Positions 16,378 through 32,100 of a DNA stretch of 64,000 nucleotides are shown here, piece after piece. The stretch lies in assembly GCA_964016885.1 (NCBI GenBank), contig OZ024749.1, forward strand, positions 9,114,001 to 9,178,000, in the 5' to 3' direction. This stretch comes from Eledone cirrhosa. Its lineage: Eukaryota. The first letter of the stretch is position 1. Each line of letters begins with the position of its first letter. The notes beneath the pieces were generated by a model. It saw only the letters and a list, made by a program, of their open reading frames with translations, was not told where the DNA came from and searched no databases. The position numbers were made by a program, and so were the translations under genes.

Positions 16378-19300
16378 TTCACCAGGTCAACTGTGTTACA
16401 AGTTATTATACACACTAGTTCACCAGGTCAACTGTGTTACACACTAGTACACTAGTTCACCAGGTCAACTGTGCTACAAGGTGTAGTACACACTAGTTTA
16501 CCATGTCAACCTTGTTACAAGATATAGTACGCACTAGTTCACCAGGTCGACTGTGTTACAAGATATAGTTAACACTAGTTCACCAGGTCAACTATGTTAC
16601 AAGATATAGTACACACTAGTTCACCAGGTCAACTGTGTTACAAGATATAGTACACACTAGTTCACCAGGTCAACTGTGTTACAAGATATAGTACACACTA
16701 GTTCACCAGGTCAACTGTGTTACAAGATATAGTACACACTAGTTCACTAGGTCAACTGTGTTACAAGATATAGTACAGACTACTTCACCGGGTCAACTGT
16801 GTTACAAGATATAGTACACACTAGTTTACCAGGTCAACTGTGTTACAAGATATAGTACACACTAGTTCACTAGGTCAACTGTGGTACAATATAGTACAAG
16901 ATATAGTACACACTAGTTCACCAGGTCAACTATGTTACAAGATATAGTACACACTAGTTCACCAGGTCAACTGTGTTACAAGATATAGTACACACTAGTT
17001 CACCAGGTCAACTGTGTTACAAGATAGAGTACACACTAGTTCACCAGGTCAACTGTGTTACAAGATATAGTACACACTAGTTCACTAGGTCAACTGTGTC
17101 ACAAGGTATAGTACACACTAGTTCACCAGGTCAACTGTGTTACAAGGTATAGTACACACTAGTTCACCAGGTCAAATGTATTACAACTTATTATACACAC
17201 TAGTTCACCAGGTCAACTGTGTTACAAGGTATAGTACACACTAGTTCACCAGGTCAACCGTGTTACAAGGTATAGTACACACTAGTTCACCAGGTCAACC
17301 GTGTTACAAGGTATAGTACACACTATTTCACCAGGTCAACTGTGTTACAAGGTATCGTACACACTAGATCACCAGGTCAACTGTGTTACAAGATATAGTA
17401 CAGTCTAGTTCACCAGGTTAACAGTGTTACAAGATATAGTACACACTAGATCACCAGGTCAACTGTGTTACAAGATATAGTACACACTAGTTCACCAGGT
17501 CAACTGTGTTACAATATATAGTACACACTAGTTCACCAGGTCAACTGTGTTACAAGATATAGTACACACTAGTTCACCAGGTCAACTGTGTTACAAGATA
17601 TAGTACAGACTAGTTCACCAGGTCAACTGTGTCACAAGTTATAGTACACACTAGTTCACCAGGTCAACTGTGTTACAAGATATAGTACACACTAGATCAC
17701 CAGGTCAACTGTGTTACAAGATATAGTACACACTAGTTCACCAGGTCAACTGTGTTACAAGATATAGTACACACTAGTTCACCAGGTCAACTGTGTTACA
17801 AGATATAGTACAGACTAGTTCACCAGGTCAACTGTGTTACAAGTTATAGTACACACTAGTTCACCAGGTCAACTCTGTTACAAGATATAGTACACACTAG
17901 ATCACCAGGTCAACTGTGTTACAAGATATAGTACACACTAGTTCACCAGGTCAACTGTATTACAAGGTATATTACACACTAGTTCACCAGGTCAACTGTG
18001 TTACAAAGTATAGTACACACTAGTTCACCAGGTCAACTGTGTTACAAGTTATAGTACACACTAGTTCCCCAGGTCAACTGTGTTACAAGATATAGTACAC
18101 ACTAGTTCACCAGGTCAATTGTGTTACAAGATATAGTACACACTAGTTCACCAGGTCAACTATGTTACAAGATATAGTACACGCTAGTTCACCAGGTCAA
18201 CCGTGTTACAAGGTATAGTACACACTAGTTGACCAGGTCAACTGTGTTACAAGTAATAGTACACACTAGTTCACCGGGTCAACTGTGTTACAAGATATAG
18301 TACAGACTAGTTCACCGGGTCAACTGTGTTACAAGATATAATACACACTAGTTCACCAGGTCAACTGTGTTACAAGTTATAGTACACACTAGTTCACCGG
18401 ATCAACTGTGTTACAAGATATAGTACAGACTAGTTCACCGGGTCAACTGTGTTACAAGATATAGTACACACTAGTTCACCAGGTCAACTGTGTTACAAGA
18501 TATAGTACACACTAGTTCACTAGGTCAACTGTGGTACAATATATAGTACACACTAGTTCACCAGGTCAACTGTGTTACAAGGTGTAGTACACACTAGTTT
18601 ACCATGTCAACCTTGTTACAAGATATAGTACACACTAGTTCACCAGGTCGACTGTGTTACAAGATATAGTACACACTAGTTCACCAGGTCAACTATGTTA
18701 CAAGATATAGTACACACTAGTTCACCAGGTCAACTGTGTTACAAGATATAGTACACACTAGTTCACCAGGTCAACTGTGTTACAAGATATAGTACACACT
18801 AGTTCACTAGGTCAACTGTCTCACAAGGTATAGTACACACTAGTTCACCAGGTCAACTGTGTTACAAGGTATAGTACACACTAGTTCACCAGGTCAACTG
18901 TGTTACAAGTTATTATACACACTAGTTCACCAGGTCAACTGTGTTACACACTAGTACACTAGTTCACCAGGTCAACTGTGCTACAAGGTGTAGTACACAC
19001 TAGTTTACCATGTCAAACTTGTTACAAGATATAGTACGCACTAGTTCACCAGGTCGACTGTGTTACAAGATATAGTTAACACTAGTTCACCAGGTCAACT
19101 ATGTTACAAGATATAGTACACACTAGTTCACCAGGTCAACTGTGTTACAAGATATAGTACACACTAGTTCACCAGGTCAACTGTGTTACAAGATATAGTA
19201 CACACTAGTTCACCAGGTCAACTGTGTTACAAGATATAGTACACACTAGTTCACTAGGTCAACTGTGTTACAAGATATAGTACAGACTAGTTCACCGGGT

Positions 19301-20119
19301 CAACTGTGTTACAAGATATAGTACACACTAGTTCACCAGGTCAACTGTGTTACAAGATATAGTACACACTAGTTCACTAGGTCAACTGTGGTACAATATA
19401 GTACAAGATATAGTACACACTAGTTCACCAGGTCAACTATGTTACAAGATATAGTACACACTAGTTCACCAGGTCAACTGTGTTACAAGATATAGTACAC
19501 ACTAGTTCACCAGGTCAACTGTGTTACAAGATATAGTAGACACTAGTTCACCAGGTCAACTGTGTTACAACTTATTATACACACTAGTTCACCAGGTCAA
19601 CTGTGTTACAAGGTATAGTTCACACTAGTTCACCAGGTCAACCGTGTTACAAGGTATAGTACACACTAGTTCACCAGGTCAACCGTGTTACAAGGTATAG
19701 TACACACTAGTTCACCAGGTCAACTGTGTTACAAGGTATCGTACACACTAGATCACCAGGTCAACTGTGTTACAAGATATAGTACACACTAGATCACCAG
19801 GTCAACTGTGTTACAAGATATAGTACACACTAGTTCACCAGGTCAACTGTGTTACAATATATAGTACACACTAGTTCACCAGGTCAACTGTGTTACAAGA
19901 TATAGTACACACTAGTTCACCAGGTCAACTGTGTTACAAGATATAGTACAGACTAGTTCACCAGGTCAACTGTGTCACAAGTTATAGTACACACTAGTTC
20001 ACCAGGTCAACTGTGTTACAAGATATAGTACACACTAGATCACCAGGTCAACTGTGTTACAAGATATAGTACACACTAGTTCACCAGGTCAACTGTGTTA
20101 CAAGATATAGTACACACTA

Positions 20120-23100
20120 GTTCACCAGGTCAACTGTATTACAAGGTATAGTACACACTAGTTCACCAGGTCAACTGTGTTACAAGTTATAGTACACACT
20201 AGTTCCCCAGGTCAACTGTGTTACAAGATATAGTACACACTAGTTCACCAGGTCAATTGTGTTACAAGATATAGTACACACTAGTTCACCAGGTCAACTA
20301 TGTTACAAGATATAGTACACGCTAGTTGACCAGGTCAACCGTGTTACAAGGTATAGTACACACTAGTTGACCAGGTCAACTGTGTTACAAGTAATAGTAC
20401 ACACTAGTTCACCGGGTCAACTGTGTTACAAGATATAGTACAGACTAGTTCACCGGGTCAACTGTGTTACAAGATATAATACACACTAGTTCACCAGGTC
20501 AACTGTGTTACAAGTTATAGTACACACTAGTTCACCGGATCAACTGTGTTACAAGATATAGTACAGACTAGTTCACCGGGTCAACTGTGTTACAAGATAT
20601 AGTACACACTAGTTCACCAGGTCAACTGTGTTACAAGATATAGTACACACTAGTTCACTAGGTCAACTGTGGTACAATATATAGTACACACTAGTTCACC
20701 AGGTCAACTATGTTACAAGGTGTAGTACACACTAGTTTACCATGTCAACCTTGTTACAAGATATAGTACACACTAGTTCACCAGGTCGACTGTGTTACAA
20801 GATATAGTACACACTAGTTCACCAGGTCAACTGTGTTACAAGATATAGTACACACTAGTTCACCAGGTCAACTGTGTTACAAGATATAGTACACACTAGT
20901 TCACTAGGTCAACTGTCTCACAAGGTATAGTACACACTAGTTCACCAGGTCAACTGTGTTACAAGGTATAGTACACACTAGTTCACCAGGTCAACTGTGT
21001 TACAAGTTATTATACACACTAGTTCACCAGGTCAACTGTGTTACACACTAGTACACTAGTTCACCAGGTCAACTGTGCTACAAGGTGTAGTACACACTAG
21101 TTTACCATGTCAAACTTGTTACAAGATATAGTACGCACTAGTTCACCAGGTCGACTGTGTTACAAGATATAGTTAACACTAGTTCACCAGGTCAACTATG
21201 TTACAAGATATAGTACACACTAGTTCACCAGGTCAACTGTGTTACAAGATATAGTACACACTAGTTCACCAGGTCAACTGTGTTACAAGATATAGTACAC
21301 ACTAGTTCACCAGGTCAACTGTGTTACAAGATATAGTACACACTAGTTCACTAGGTCAACTGTGTTACAAGATATAGTACAGACTAGTTCACCGGGTCAA
21401 CTGTGTTACAAGATATAGTACACACTAGTTCACCAGGTCAACTGTGTTACAAGATATAGTACACACTAGTTCACTAGGTCAACTGTGGTACAATATAGTA
21501 CAAGATATAGTACACACTAGTTCACCAGGTCAACTATGTTACAAGATATAGTACACACTAGTTCACCAGGTCAACTGTGTTACAAGATATAGTACACACT
21601 AGTTCACCAGGTCAACTGTGTTACAAGATATAGTAGACACTAGTTCACCAGGTCAACTGTGTTACAACTTATTATACACACTAGTTCACCAGGTCAACTG
21701 TGTTACAAGGTATAGTTCACACTAGTTCACCAGGTCAACCGTGTTACAAGGTATAGTACACACTAGTTCACCAGGTCAACCGTGTTACAAGGTATAGTAC
21801 ACACTAGTTCACCAGGTCAACTGTGTTACAAGGTATCGTACACACTAGATCACCAGGTCAACTGTGTTACAAGATATAGTACAGTCTAGTTCACCAGGTT
21901 AACAGTGTTACAAGATATAGTACACACTAGATCACCAGGTCAACTGTGTTACAAGATATAGTACACACTAGTTCACCAGGTCAACTGTGTTACAATATAT
22001 AGTACACACTAGTTCACCAGGTCAACTGTGTTACAAGATATAGTACACACTAGTTCACCAGGTCAACTGTGTTACAAGATATAGTACAGACTAGTTCACC
22101 AGGTCAACTGTGTCACAAGTTATAGTACACACTAGTTCACCAGGTCAACTGTGTTACAAGATATAGTACACACTAGATCCCCAGGTCAACTGTGTTACAA
22201 GATATAGTACACACTAGTTCACCAGGTCAACTGTATTACAAGGTATAGTACACACTAGTTCACCAGGTCAACTGTGTTACAATATATAGTACACACTAGT
22301 TCACCAGGTCAACTGTGTTACAAAGTATAGTACACACCAGTTCACCAGGTCAACTGTGTTACATGTTATAGTACACACTAGTTCACCAGTTCAACTGTGT
22401 TACAAGTTATAGTACACACTAGTTCACCAGGTCAACTGTGTTACAACATATGGTACACACTAGTTCACCAGGTCAAATGTGTTACAATGTATAGTACACA
22501 CTAGTTCACCAGGTCAACTGTGTTACAAGATATAGTACACACTAGTTCACAAGGTCAACTGTGTTACAAGATATAGTACACACTAGTTCACCAGGTCAAC
22601 TATGTTACAAGATATAGTACACACTAGATCACCAGGTCAACCGTGTTACAAGGTATAGTACACACTAGTTGACCAGGTCAACTGTGTTACAAGTTATAGT
22701 ACACACTAGTTCACCAGGTCAACTGTGTTACAAGATATAGTACACACAAGTTCACCAGGTCAACTGTGTTACAAGATATAGTACACACTAGTTGACCAGG
22801 TCAACTATGTTACAAGATATAGTACACACTAGTTCACCAGGTCAACCGTGTTACAAGGTATAGTACACACTAGTTGACCAGGTCAACTGTGTTACAAGTA
22901 ATAGTACACACTATTTCACCGGGTCAACTGTGTTACAAGATATAGTACAGACTAGTTCACCGGGTCAACTGTGTTACAAGATATAATACACACTAGTTCA
23001 CCAGGTCAACTGTGTTACAAGTTATAGTACACACTAGTTCACCGGGTCAACTGTGTTACAAGATATAGTACAGACTAGTTCACCGGGTCAACTGTGTTAC

Positions 23101-26100
23101 AAGATATAATACACACTAGTTCACCAGGTCAACTGTGTTACAAGATATAGTACACACTAGTTCACTAGGTCAACTGTGGTACAATATATAGTACACACTA
23201 GTTCACCAGGTCAACTGTGTTACAAGGTGTAGTACACACTAGTTCACCAGGTCAACTTTGTTACAAGTTATAGTACACACTAGTTCACCAGGTTCTAGTT
23301 CACCAGGTCAACTGTGTTACAAGGTATCGTACACACTAGATCACCAGGTCAACTGTGTTACAAGATATAGTACACACTAGTTCACCAGGTCAACTGTGTT
23401 ACAAGATATAGTACACACTAGTTCACCAGGTCAACTGTGTTACAAGATATAGTACACACTAGTTCGCCAGGTCAACTGTGTTACAAGATATAGTACAGAC
23501 TAGTTCACCAGGTCAACTGTGTTACAAGTTATAGTACACACTAGTTCACCAGGTCAACTCTGTTACAAGATATAGTACACACTAGATCACCAGGTCAACT
23601 GTGTTACAAGATATAGTACACACTAGTTCACCAGGTCAACTGTATTACAAGGTATAGTACACACTAGTTCACCAGGTCAACTGTGTTACAAAGTATAGTA
23701 CACACTAGTTCACCAGGTCAACTGTGTTACAAGTTATAGTACACACTAGTTCACCAGGTCAACTGTGTTACAAGATATAGTACACACTAGTTCACCAGGT
23801 CAATTGTGTTACAAGATATAGTACACACTAGTTCACCAGGTCAACTATGTTACAAGATATAGTACACACTAGTTGACCAGGTCAACTGTGTTACAAGTAA
23901 TAGTACAGACTAGTTCACCTGGTCAACTGTGTTACAAGATATAATACACACTAGTTCACCAGGTCAACTGTGTTACAAGTTATAGTACACACTAGTTCAC
24001 CGGGTCAACTGTGTTACAAGATATAGTACAGACTAGTTCACCGGGTCAACTGTGTTACAAGATATAGTACACACTAGTTCACCAGGTCAACTGTGTTACA
24101 AGTTATTATACACACTAGTTCACCAGGTCAACTGTGTTACACACTAGTACACTAGTTCACCAGGTCAACTGTGCTACAAGGTGTAGTACACACTAGTTTA
24201 CCATGTCAACCTTGTTACAAGATATAGTACGCACTAGTTCACCAGGTCGACTGTGTTACAAGATATAGTACACACTAGTTCACCAGGTCAACTATGTTAC
24301 AAGATATAGTACACACTAGTTCACCAGGTCAACTGTGTTACAAGATATAGTACACACTAGTTCACCAGGTCAACTGTGTTACAAGATATAGTACACACTA
24401 GTTCACTAGGTCAACTGTGTTACAAGATATAGTACAGACTAGTTCACCGGGTCAACTGTGTTACAAGATATAGTACACACTAGTTCACCAGGTCAACTGT
24501 GTTACAAGATATAGTACACACTAGTTCACTAGGTCAACTGTGGTACAATATAGTACAAGATATAGTACACACTAGTTCACCAGGTCAACTATGTTACAAG
24601 ATATAGTACACACTAGTTCACCAGGTCAACTGTGTTACAAGATATAGTACACACTAGTTCACCAGGTCAACTGTGTTACAAGATATAGTACACACTAGTT
24701 CACCAGGTCAACTGTGTTACAAGATATAGTACACACTAGTTCACTAGGTCAACTGTGTCACAAGGTATAGTACACACTAGTACACCAGGTCAACTGTGTT
24801 ACAAGGTATAGTACACACTAGTTCACCAGGTCAACTGTATTACAAGTTATTATACACACTAGTTCACCAGGTCAACTGTGTTACAAGGTATAGTACACAC
24901 TAGTTCACCAGGTCAACCGTGTTACAAGGTATAGTACACACTAGTTCACCAGGTCAACCGTGTTACAAGGTATAGTACACACTAGTTCACCAGGTCAACT
25001 GTGTTACAAGATATAGTACACACAAGTTCACCAGGTCAACTGTGTTACAAGATATAGTACACACTAGTTGACCAGGTCAACTATGTTACAAGATATAGTA
25101 CACACTAGTTCACCAGGTCAACCGTGTTACAAGGTATAGTACACACTAGTTGACCAGGTCAACTGTGTTACAAGTAATAGTACACACTATTTCACCGGGT
25201 CAACTGTGTTACAAGATATAGTACAGACTAGTTCACCGGGTCAACTGTGTTACAAGATATAATACACACTAGTTCACCAGGTCAACTGTGTTACAAGTTA
25301 TAGTACACACTAGTTCACCGGGTCAACTGTGTTACAAGATATAGTACAGACTAGTTCACCGGGTCAACTGTGTTACAAGATATAATACACACTAGTTCAC
25401 CAGGTCAACTGTGTTACAAGATATAGTACACACTAGTTCACTAGGTCAACTGTGGTACAATATATAGTACACACTAGTTCACCAGGTCAACTGTGTTACA
25501 AGGTGTAGTACACACTAGTTCACCAGGTCAACTTTGTTACAAGTTATAGTACACACTAGTTCACCAGGTTCTAGTTCACCAGGTCAACTGTGTTACAAGG
25601 TATCGTACACACTAGATCACCAGGTCAACTGTGTTACAAGATATAGTACACACTAGTTCACCAGGTCAACTGTGTTACAAGATATAGTACACACTAGTTC
25701 ACCAGGTCAACTGTGTTACAAGATATAGTACACACTAGTTCGCCAGGTCAACTGTGTTACAAGATATAGTACAGACTAGTTCACCAGGTCAACTGTGTTA
25801 CAAGTTATAGTACACACTAGTTCACCAGGTCAACTCTGTTACAAGATATAGTACACACTAGATCACCAGGTCAACTGTGTTACAAGATATAGTACACACT
25901 AGTTCACCAGGTCAACTGTATTACAAGGTATAGTACACACTAGTTCACCAGGTCAACTGTGTTACAAAGTATAGTACACACTAGTTCACCAGGTCAACTG
26001 TGTTACAAGTTATAGTACACACTAGTTCACCAGGTCAACTGTGTTACAAGATATAGTACACACTAGTTCACCAGGTCAATTGTGTTACAAGATATAGTAC

Positions 26101-29100
26101 ACACTAGTTCACCAGGTCAACTATGTTACAAGATATAGTACACACTAGTTGACCAGGTCAACTGTGTTACAAGTAATAGTACAGACTAGTTCACCTGGTC
26201 AACTGTGTTACAAGATATAATACACACTAGTTCACCAGGTCAACTGTGTTACAAGTTATAGTACACACTAGTTCACCGGGTCAACTGTGTTACAAGATAT
26301 AGTACAGACTAGTTCACCGGGTCAACTGTGTTACAAGATATAGTACACACTAGTTCACCAGGTCAACTGTGTTACAAGTTATTATACACACTAGTTCACC
26401 AGGTCAACTGTGTTACACACTAGTACACTAGTTCACCAGGTCAACTGTGCTACAAGGTGTAGTACACACTAGTTTACCATGTCAACCTTGTTACAAGATA
26501 TAGTACGCACTAGTTCACCAGGTCGACTGTGTTACAAGATATAGTACACACTAGTTCACCAGGTCAACTATGTTACAAGATATAGTACACACTAGTTCAC
26601 CAGGTCAACTGTGTTACAAGATATAGTACACACTAGTTCACCAGGTCAACTGTGTTACAAGATATAGTACACACTAGTTCACTAGGTCAACTGTGTTACA
26701 AGATATAGTACAGACTAGTTCACCGGGTCAACTGTGTTACAAGATATAGTACACACTAGTTCACCAGGTCAACTGTGTTACAAGATATAGTACACACTAG
26801 TTCACTAGGTCAACTGTGGTACAATATAGTACAAGATATAGTACACACTAGTTCACCAGGTCAACTATGTTACAAGATATAGTACACACTAGTTCACCAG
26901 GTCAACTGTGTTACAAGATATAGTACACACTAGTTCACCAGGTCAACTGTGTTACAAGATATAGTACACACTAGTTCACCAGGTCAACTGTGTTACAAGA
27001 TATAGTACACACTAGTTCACTAGGTCAACTGTGTCACAAGGTATAGTACACACTAGTACACCAGGTCAACTGTGTTACAAGGTATAGTACACACTAGTTC
27101 ACCAGGTCAACTGTATTACAAGTTATTATACACACTAGTTCACCAGGTCAACTGTGTTACAAGGTATAGTACACACTAGTTCACCAGGTCAACCGTGTTA
27201 CAAGGTATAGTACACACTAGTTCACCAGGTCAACCGTGTTACAAGGTATAGTACACACTAGTTCACCAGGTCAACTGTGTTACAAGGTATCGTACACACT
27301 AGATCACCAGGTCAACTGTGTTACAAGATATAGTACAGTCTAGTTCACCAGGTTAACAGTGTTACAAGATATAGTACACACTAGATCACCAGGTCAACTG
27401 TGTTACAAGATATAGTACACACTAGTTCACCAGGTCAACTGTGTTACAATATATAGTACACACTAGTTCACCAGGTCAACTGTGTTACAAGATATAGTAC
27501 ACACTAGTTCACCAGGTCAACTGTGTTACAAGATATAGTACAGACTAGTTCACCAGGTCAACTGTGTTACAAGTTATAGTACACACTAGTTCACCAGGTC
27601 AACTGTGTTACAAGATATAGTACACACTAGATCACCAGGTCAACTGTGTTACAAGATATAGTACACACTAGTTCACCAGGTCAACTGTATTACAAGGTAT
27701 AGTACACACTAGTTCACCAGGTCAACTGTGTTACAATATATAGTACACACTAGATCACCAGGTCAACTGTGTTACAAGATATAGTACACACTAGTTCACC
27801 AGGTCAACTGTATTACAAGGTATAGTACACACTAGTTCACCAGGTTCTAGTTCTCCAGGTCAACTGTGTTACAAGGTATTGTACACACTAGATCACCAGG
27901 TCAACTGTGTTACAAGATATAGTACACACTAGTTCATCAGGTCAACTGTGTTACAATATATAGTACACACTAGTTCACCAGGTCAACTGTGTTACAAGAT
28001 ATAGTACACACTAGTTCACCAGGTCAACTGTGTTACAAGATATAGTACAGACTAGTTCACCAGGTCAACTGTGTTACAAGTTATAGTACACACTAGTTCA
28101 CCAGGTCAACTCTGTTACAAGATATAGTACACACTAGATCACCAGGTCAACTGTGTTACAAGATATAGTACACACTAGTTCACCAGGTCAACTATATTAC
28201 AAGGTATAGTACACACTAGTTCACCAGGTCAACTGTGTTACAAAGTATAGTACACACTAGTTCACCAGGTCAACTGTGTTACAAGTTATAGTACACACTA
28301 GTTCACCAGGTCAACTGTGTTACAAGATATAGTACACACTAGTTCACCAGGTCAATTGTGTTACAAGATATAGTACACACTAGTTCACCAGGTCAACTAT
28401 GTTACAAGATATAGTACACGCTAGTTCACCAGGTCAACCGTGTTACAAGGTATAGTACACACTAGTTGACCAGGTCAACTGTGTTACAAGTAATAGTACA
28501 CACTAGTTCACCGGGTCAACTGTGTTACAAGATATAGTACAGACTAGTTCACCGGGTCAACTGTGTTACAAGATATAATACACACTAGTTCACCAGGTCA
28601 ACTGTGTTACAAGTTATAGTACACACTAGTTCACCGGGTCAACTGTGTTACAAGATATAGTACAGACTAGTTCACCGGGTCAACTGTGTTACAAGATATA
28701 GTACACACTAGTTCACCAGGTCAACTGTGTTACAAGATATAGTACACACTAGTTCACTAGGTCAACTGTGGTACAATATATAGTACACACTAGTTCACCA
28801 GGTCAACTGTGTTACAAGGTGTAGTACACACTAGTTTACCATGTCAACCTTGTTACAAGATATAGTACACACTAGTTCACCAGGTCGACTGTGTTACAAG
28901 ATATAGTACACACTAGTTCACCAGGTCAACTATGTTACAAGATATAGTACACACTAGTTCACCAGGTCAACTGTGTTACAAGATATAGTACACACTAGTT
29001 CACCAGGTCAACTGTGTTACAAGATATAGTACACACTAGTTCACTAGGTCAACTGTCTCACAAGGTATAGTACACACTAGTTCACCAGGTCAACTCTGTT

Positions 29101-32100
29101 ACAAGGTATAGTACACACTAGTTCACCAGGTCAACTGTGTTACAAGTTATTATACACACTAGTTCACCAGGTCAACTGTGTTACACACTAGTACACTAGT
29201 TCACCAGGTCAACTGTGCTACAAGGTGTAGTACACACTAGTTTACCATGTCAACCTTGTTACAAGATATAGTACGCACTAGTTCACCAGGTCGACTGTGT
29301 TACAAGATATAGTTAACACTAGTTCACCAGGTCAACTATGTTACAAGATATAGTACACACTAGTTCACCAGGTCAACTGTGTTACAAGATATAGTACACA
29401 CTAGTTCACCAGGTCAACTGTGTTACAAGATATAGTACACACTAGTTCACCGGGTCAACTGTGTTACAAGATATAGTACACACTAGTTCACTAGGTCAAC
29501 TGTGTTACAAGATATAGTACAGACTAGTTCACCGGGTCAACTGTGTTACAAGATATAGTACACACTAGTTCACCAGGTCAACTGTGTTACAAGATATAGT
29601 ACACACTAGTTCACCAGGTCAACTGTGTTACAAGATATAGTACACACTAGTTCACCAGGTCAACTGTGTTACAAGATATAGTACAGACTAGTTCACCAGG
29701 TCAACTGTGTTACAAGTTATAGTACACACTAGTTCACCAGGTCAACTGTGTTACAAGATATAGTACACACTAGATCACCAGGTCAACTGTGTTACAAGAT
29801 ATAGTACACACTAGTTCACCAGGTCAACTGTATTACAAGGTATAGTACACACTAGTTCACCAGGTCAACTGTGTTACAATATATAGTACACACTAGATCA
29901 CCAGGTCAACTGTGTTACAAGATATAGTACACACTAGTTCACCAGGTCAACTGTATTACAAGGTATAGTACACACTAGTTCACCAGGTTCTAGTTCTCCA
30001 GGTCAACTGTGTTACAAGGTATTGTACACACTAGATCACCAGGTCAACTGTGTTACAAGATATAGTACACACTAGTTCATCAGGTCAACTGTGTTACAAT
30101 ATATAGTACACACTAGTTCACCAGGTCAACTGTGTTACAAGATATAGTACACACTAGTTCACCAGGTCAACTGTGTTACAAGATATAGTACAGACTAGTT
30201 CACCAGGTCAACTGTGTTACAAGTTATAGTACACACTAGTTCACCAGGTCAACTCTGTTACAAGATATAGTACACACTAGATCACCAGGTCAACTGTGTT
30301 ACAAGATATAGTACACACTAGTTCACCAGGTCAACTATATTACAAGGTATAGTACACACTAGTTCACCAGGTCAACTGTGTTACAAAGTATAGTACACAC
30401 TAGTTCACCAGGTCAACTGTGTTACAAGTTATAGTACACACTAGTTCACCAGGTCAACTGTGTTACAAGATATAGTACACACTAGTTCACCAGGTCAATT
30501 GTGTTACAAGATATAGTACACACTAGTTCACCAGGTCAACTATGTTACAAGATATAGTACACGCTAGTTCACCAGGTCAACCGTGTTACAAGGTATAGTA
30601 CACACTAGTTGACCAGGTCAACTGTGTTACAAGTAATAGTACACACTAGTTCACCGGGTCAACTGTGTTACAAGATATAGTACAGACTAGTTCACCGGGT
30701 CAACTGTGTTACAAGATATAATACACACTAGTTCACCAGGTCAACTGTGTTACAAGTTATAGTACACACTAGTTCACCGGGTCAACTGTGTTACAAGATA
30801 TAGTACAGACTAGTTCACCGGGTCAACTGTGTTACAAGATATAGTACACACTAGTTCACCAGGTCAACTGTGTTACAAGATATAGTACACACTAGTTCAC
30901 TAGGTCAACTGTGGTACAATATATAGTACACACTAGTTCACCAGGTCAACTGTGTTACAAGGTGTAGTACACACTAGTTTACCATGTCAACCTTGTTACA
31001 AGATATAGTACACACTAGTTCACCAGGTCGACTGTGTTACAAGATATAGTACACACTAGTTCACCAGGTCAACTATGTTACAAGATATAGTACACACTAG
31101 TTCACCAGGTCAACTGTGTTACAAGATATAGTACACACTAGTTCACCAGGTCAACTGTGTTACAAGATATAGTACACACTAGTTCACTAGGTCAACTGTC
31201 TCACAAGGTATAGTACACACTAGTTCACCAGGTCAACTCTGTTACAAGGTATAGTACACACTAGTTCACCAGGTCAACTGTGTTACAAGTTATTATACAC
31301 ACTAGTTCACCAGGTCAACTGTGTTACACACTAGTACACTAGTTCACCAGGTCAACTGTGCTACAAGGTGTAGTACACACTAGTTTACCATGTCAACCTT
31401 GTTACAAGATATAGTACGCACTAGTTCACCAGGTCGACTGTGTTACAAGATATAGTTAACACTAGTTCACCAGGTCAACTATGTTACAAGATATAGTACA
31501 CACTAGTTCACCAGGTCAACTGTGTTACAAGATATAGTACACACTAGTTCACCAGGTCAACTGTGTTACAAGATATAGTACACACTAGTTCACCGGGTCA
31601 ACTGTGTTACAAGATATAGTACACACTAGTTCACTAGGTCAACTGTGTTACAAGATATAGTACAGACTAGTTCACCGGGTCAACTGTGTTACAAGATATA
31701 GTACACACTAGTTCACCAGGTCAACTGTGTTACAAGATATAGTACACACTAGTTCACTAGGTCAACTGTGGTACAATATAGTACAAGATATAGTACACAC
31801 TAGTTCACCAGGTCAACTATGTTACAAGATATAGTACACACTAGTTCACCAGGTCAACTGTGTTACAAGATATAGTACACACTAGTTCACCAGGTCAACT
31901 GTGTTACAAGATATAGTACACACTAGTTCACCAGGTCAACTGTGTTACAAGATATAGTACACACTAGTTCACTAGGTCAACTGTGTCACAAGGTATAGTA
32001 CACACTAGTTCACCAGGTCAACTGTGTTACAAGGTATAGTACACACTAGTTCACCAGGTCAACTGTATTACAACTTATTATACACACTAGTTCACCAGGT

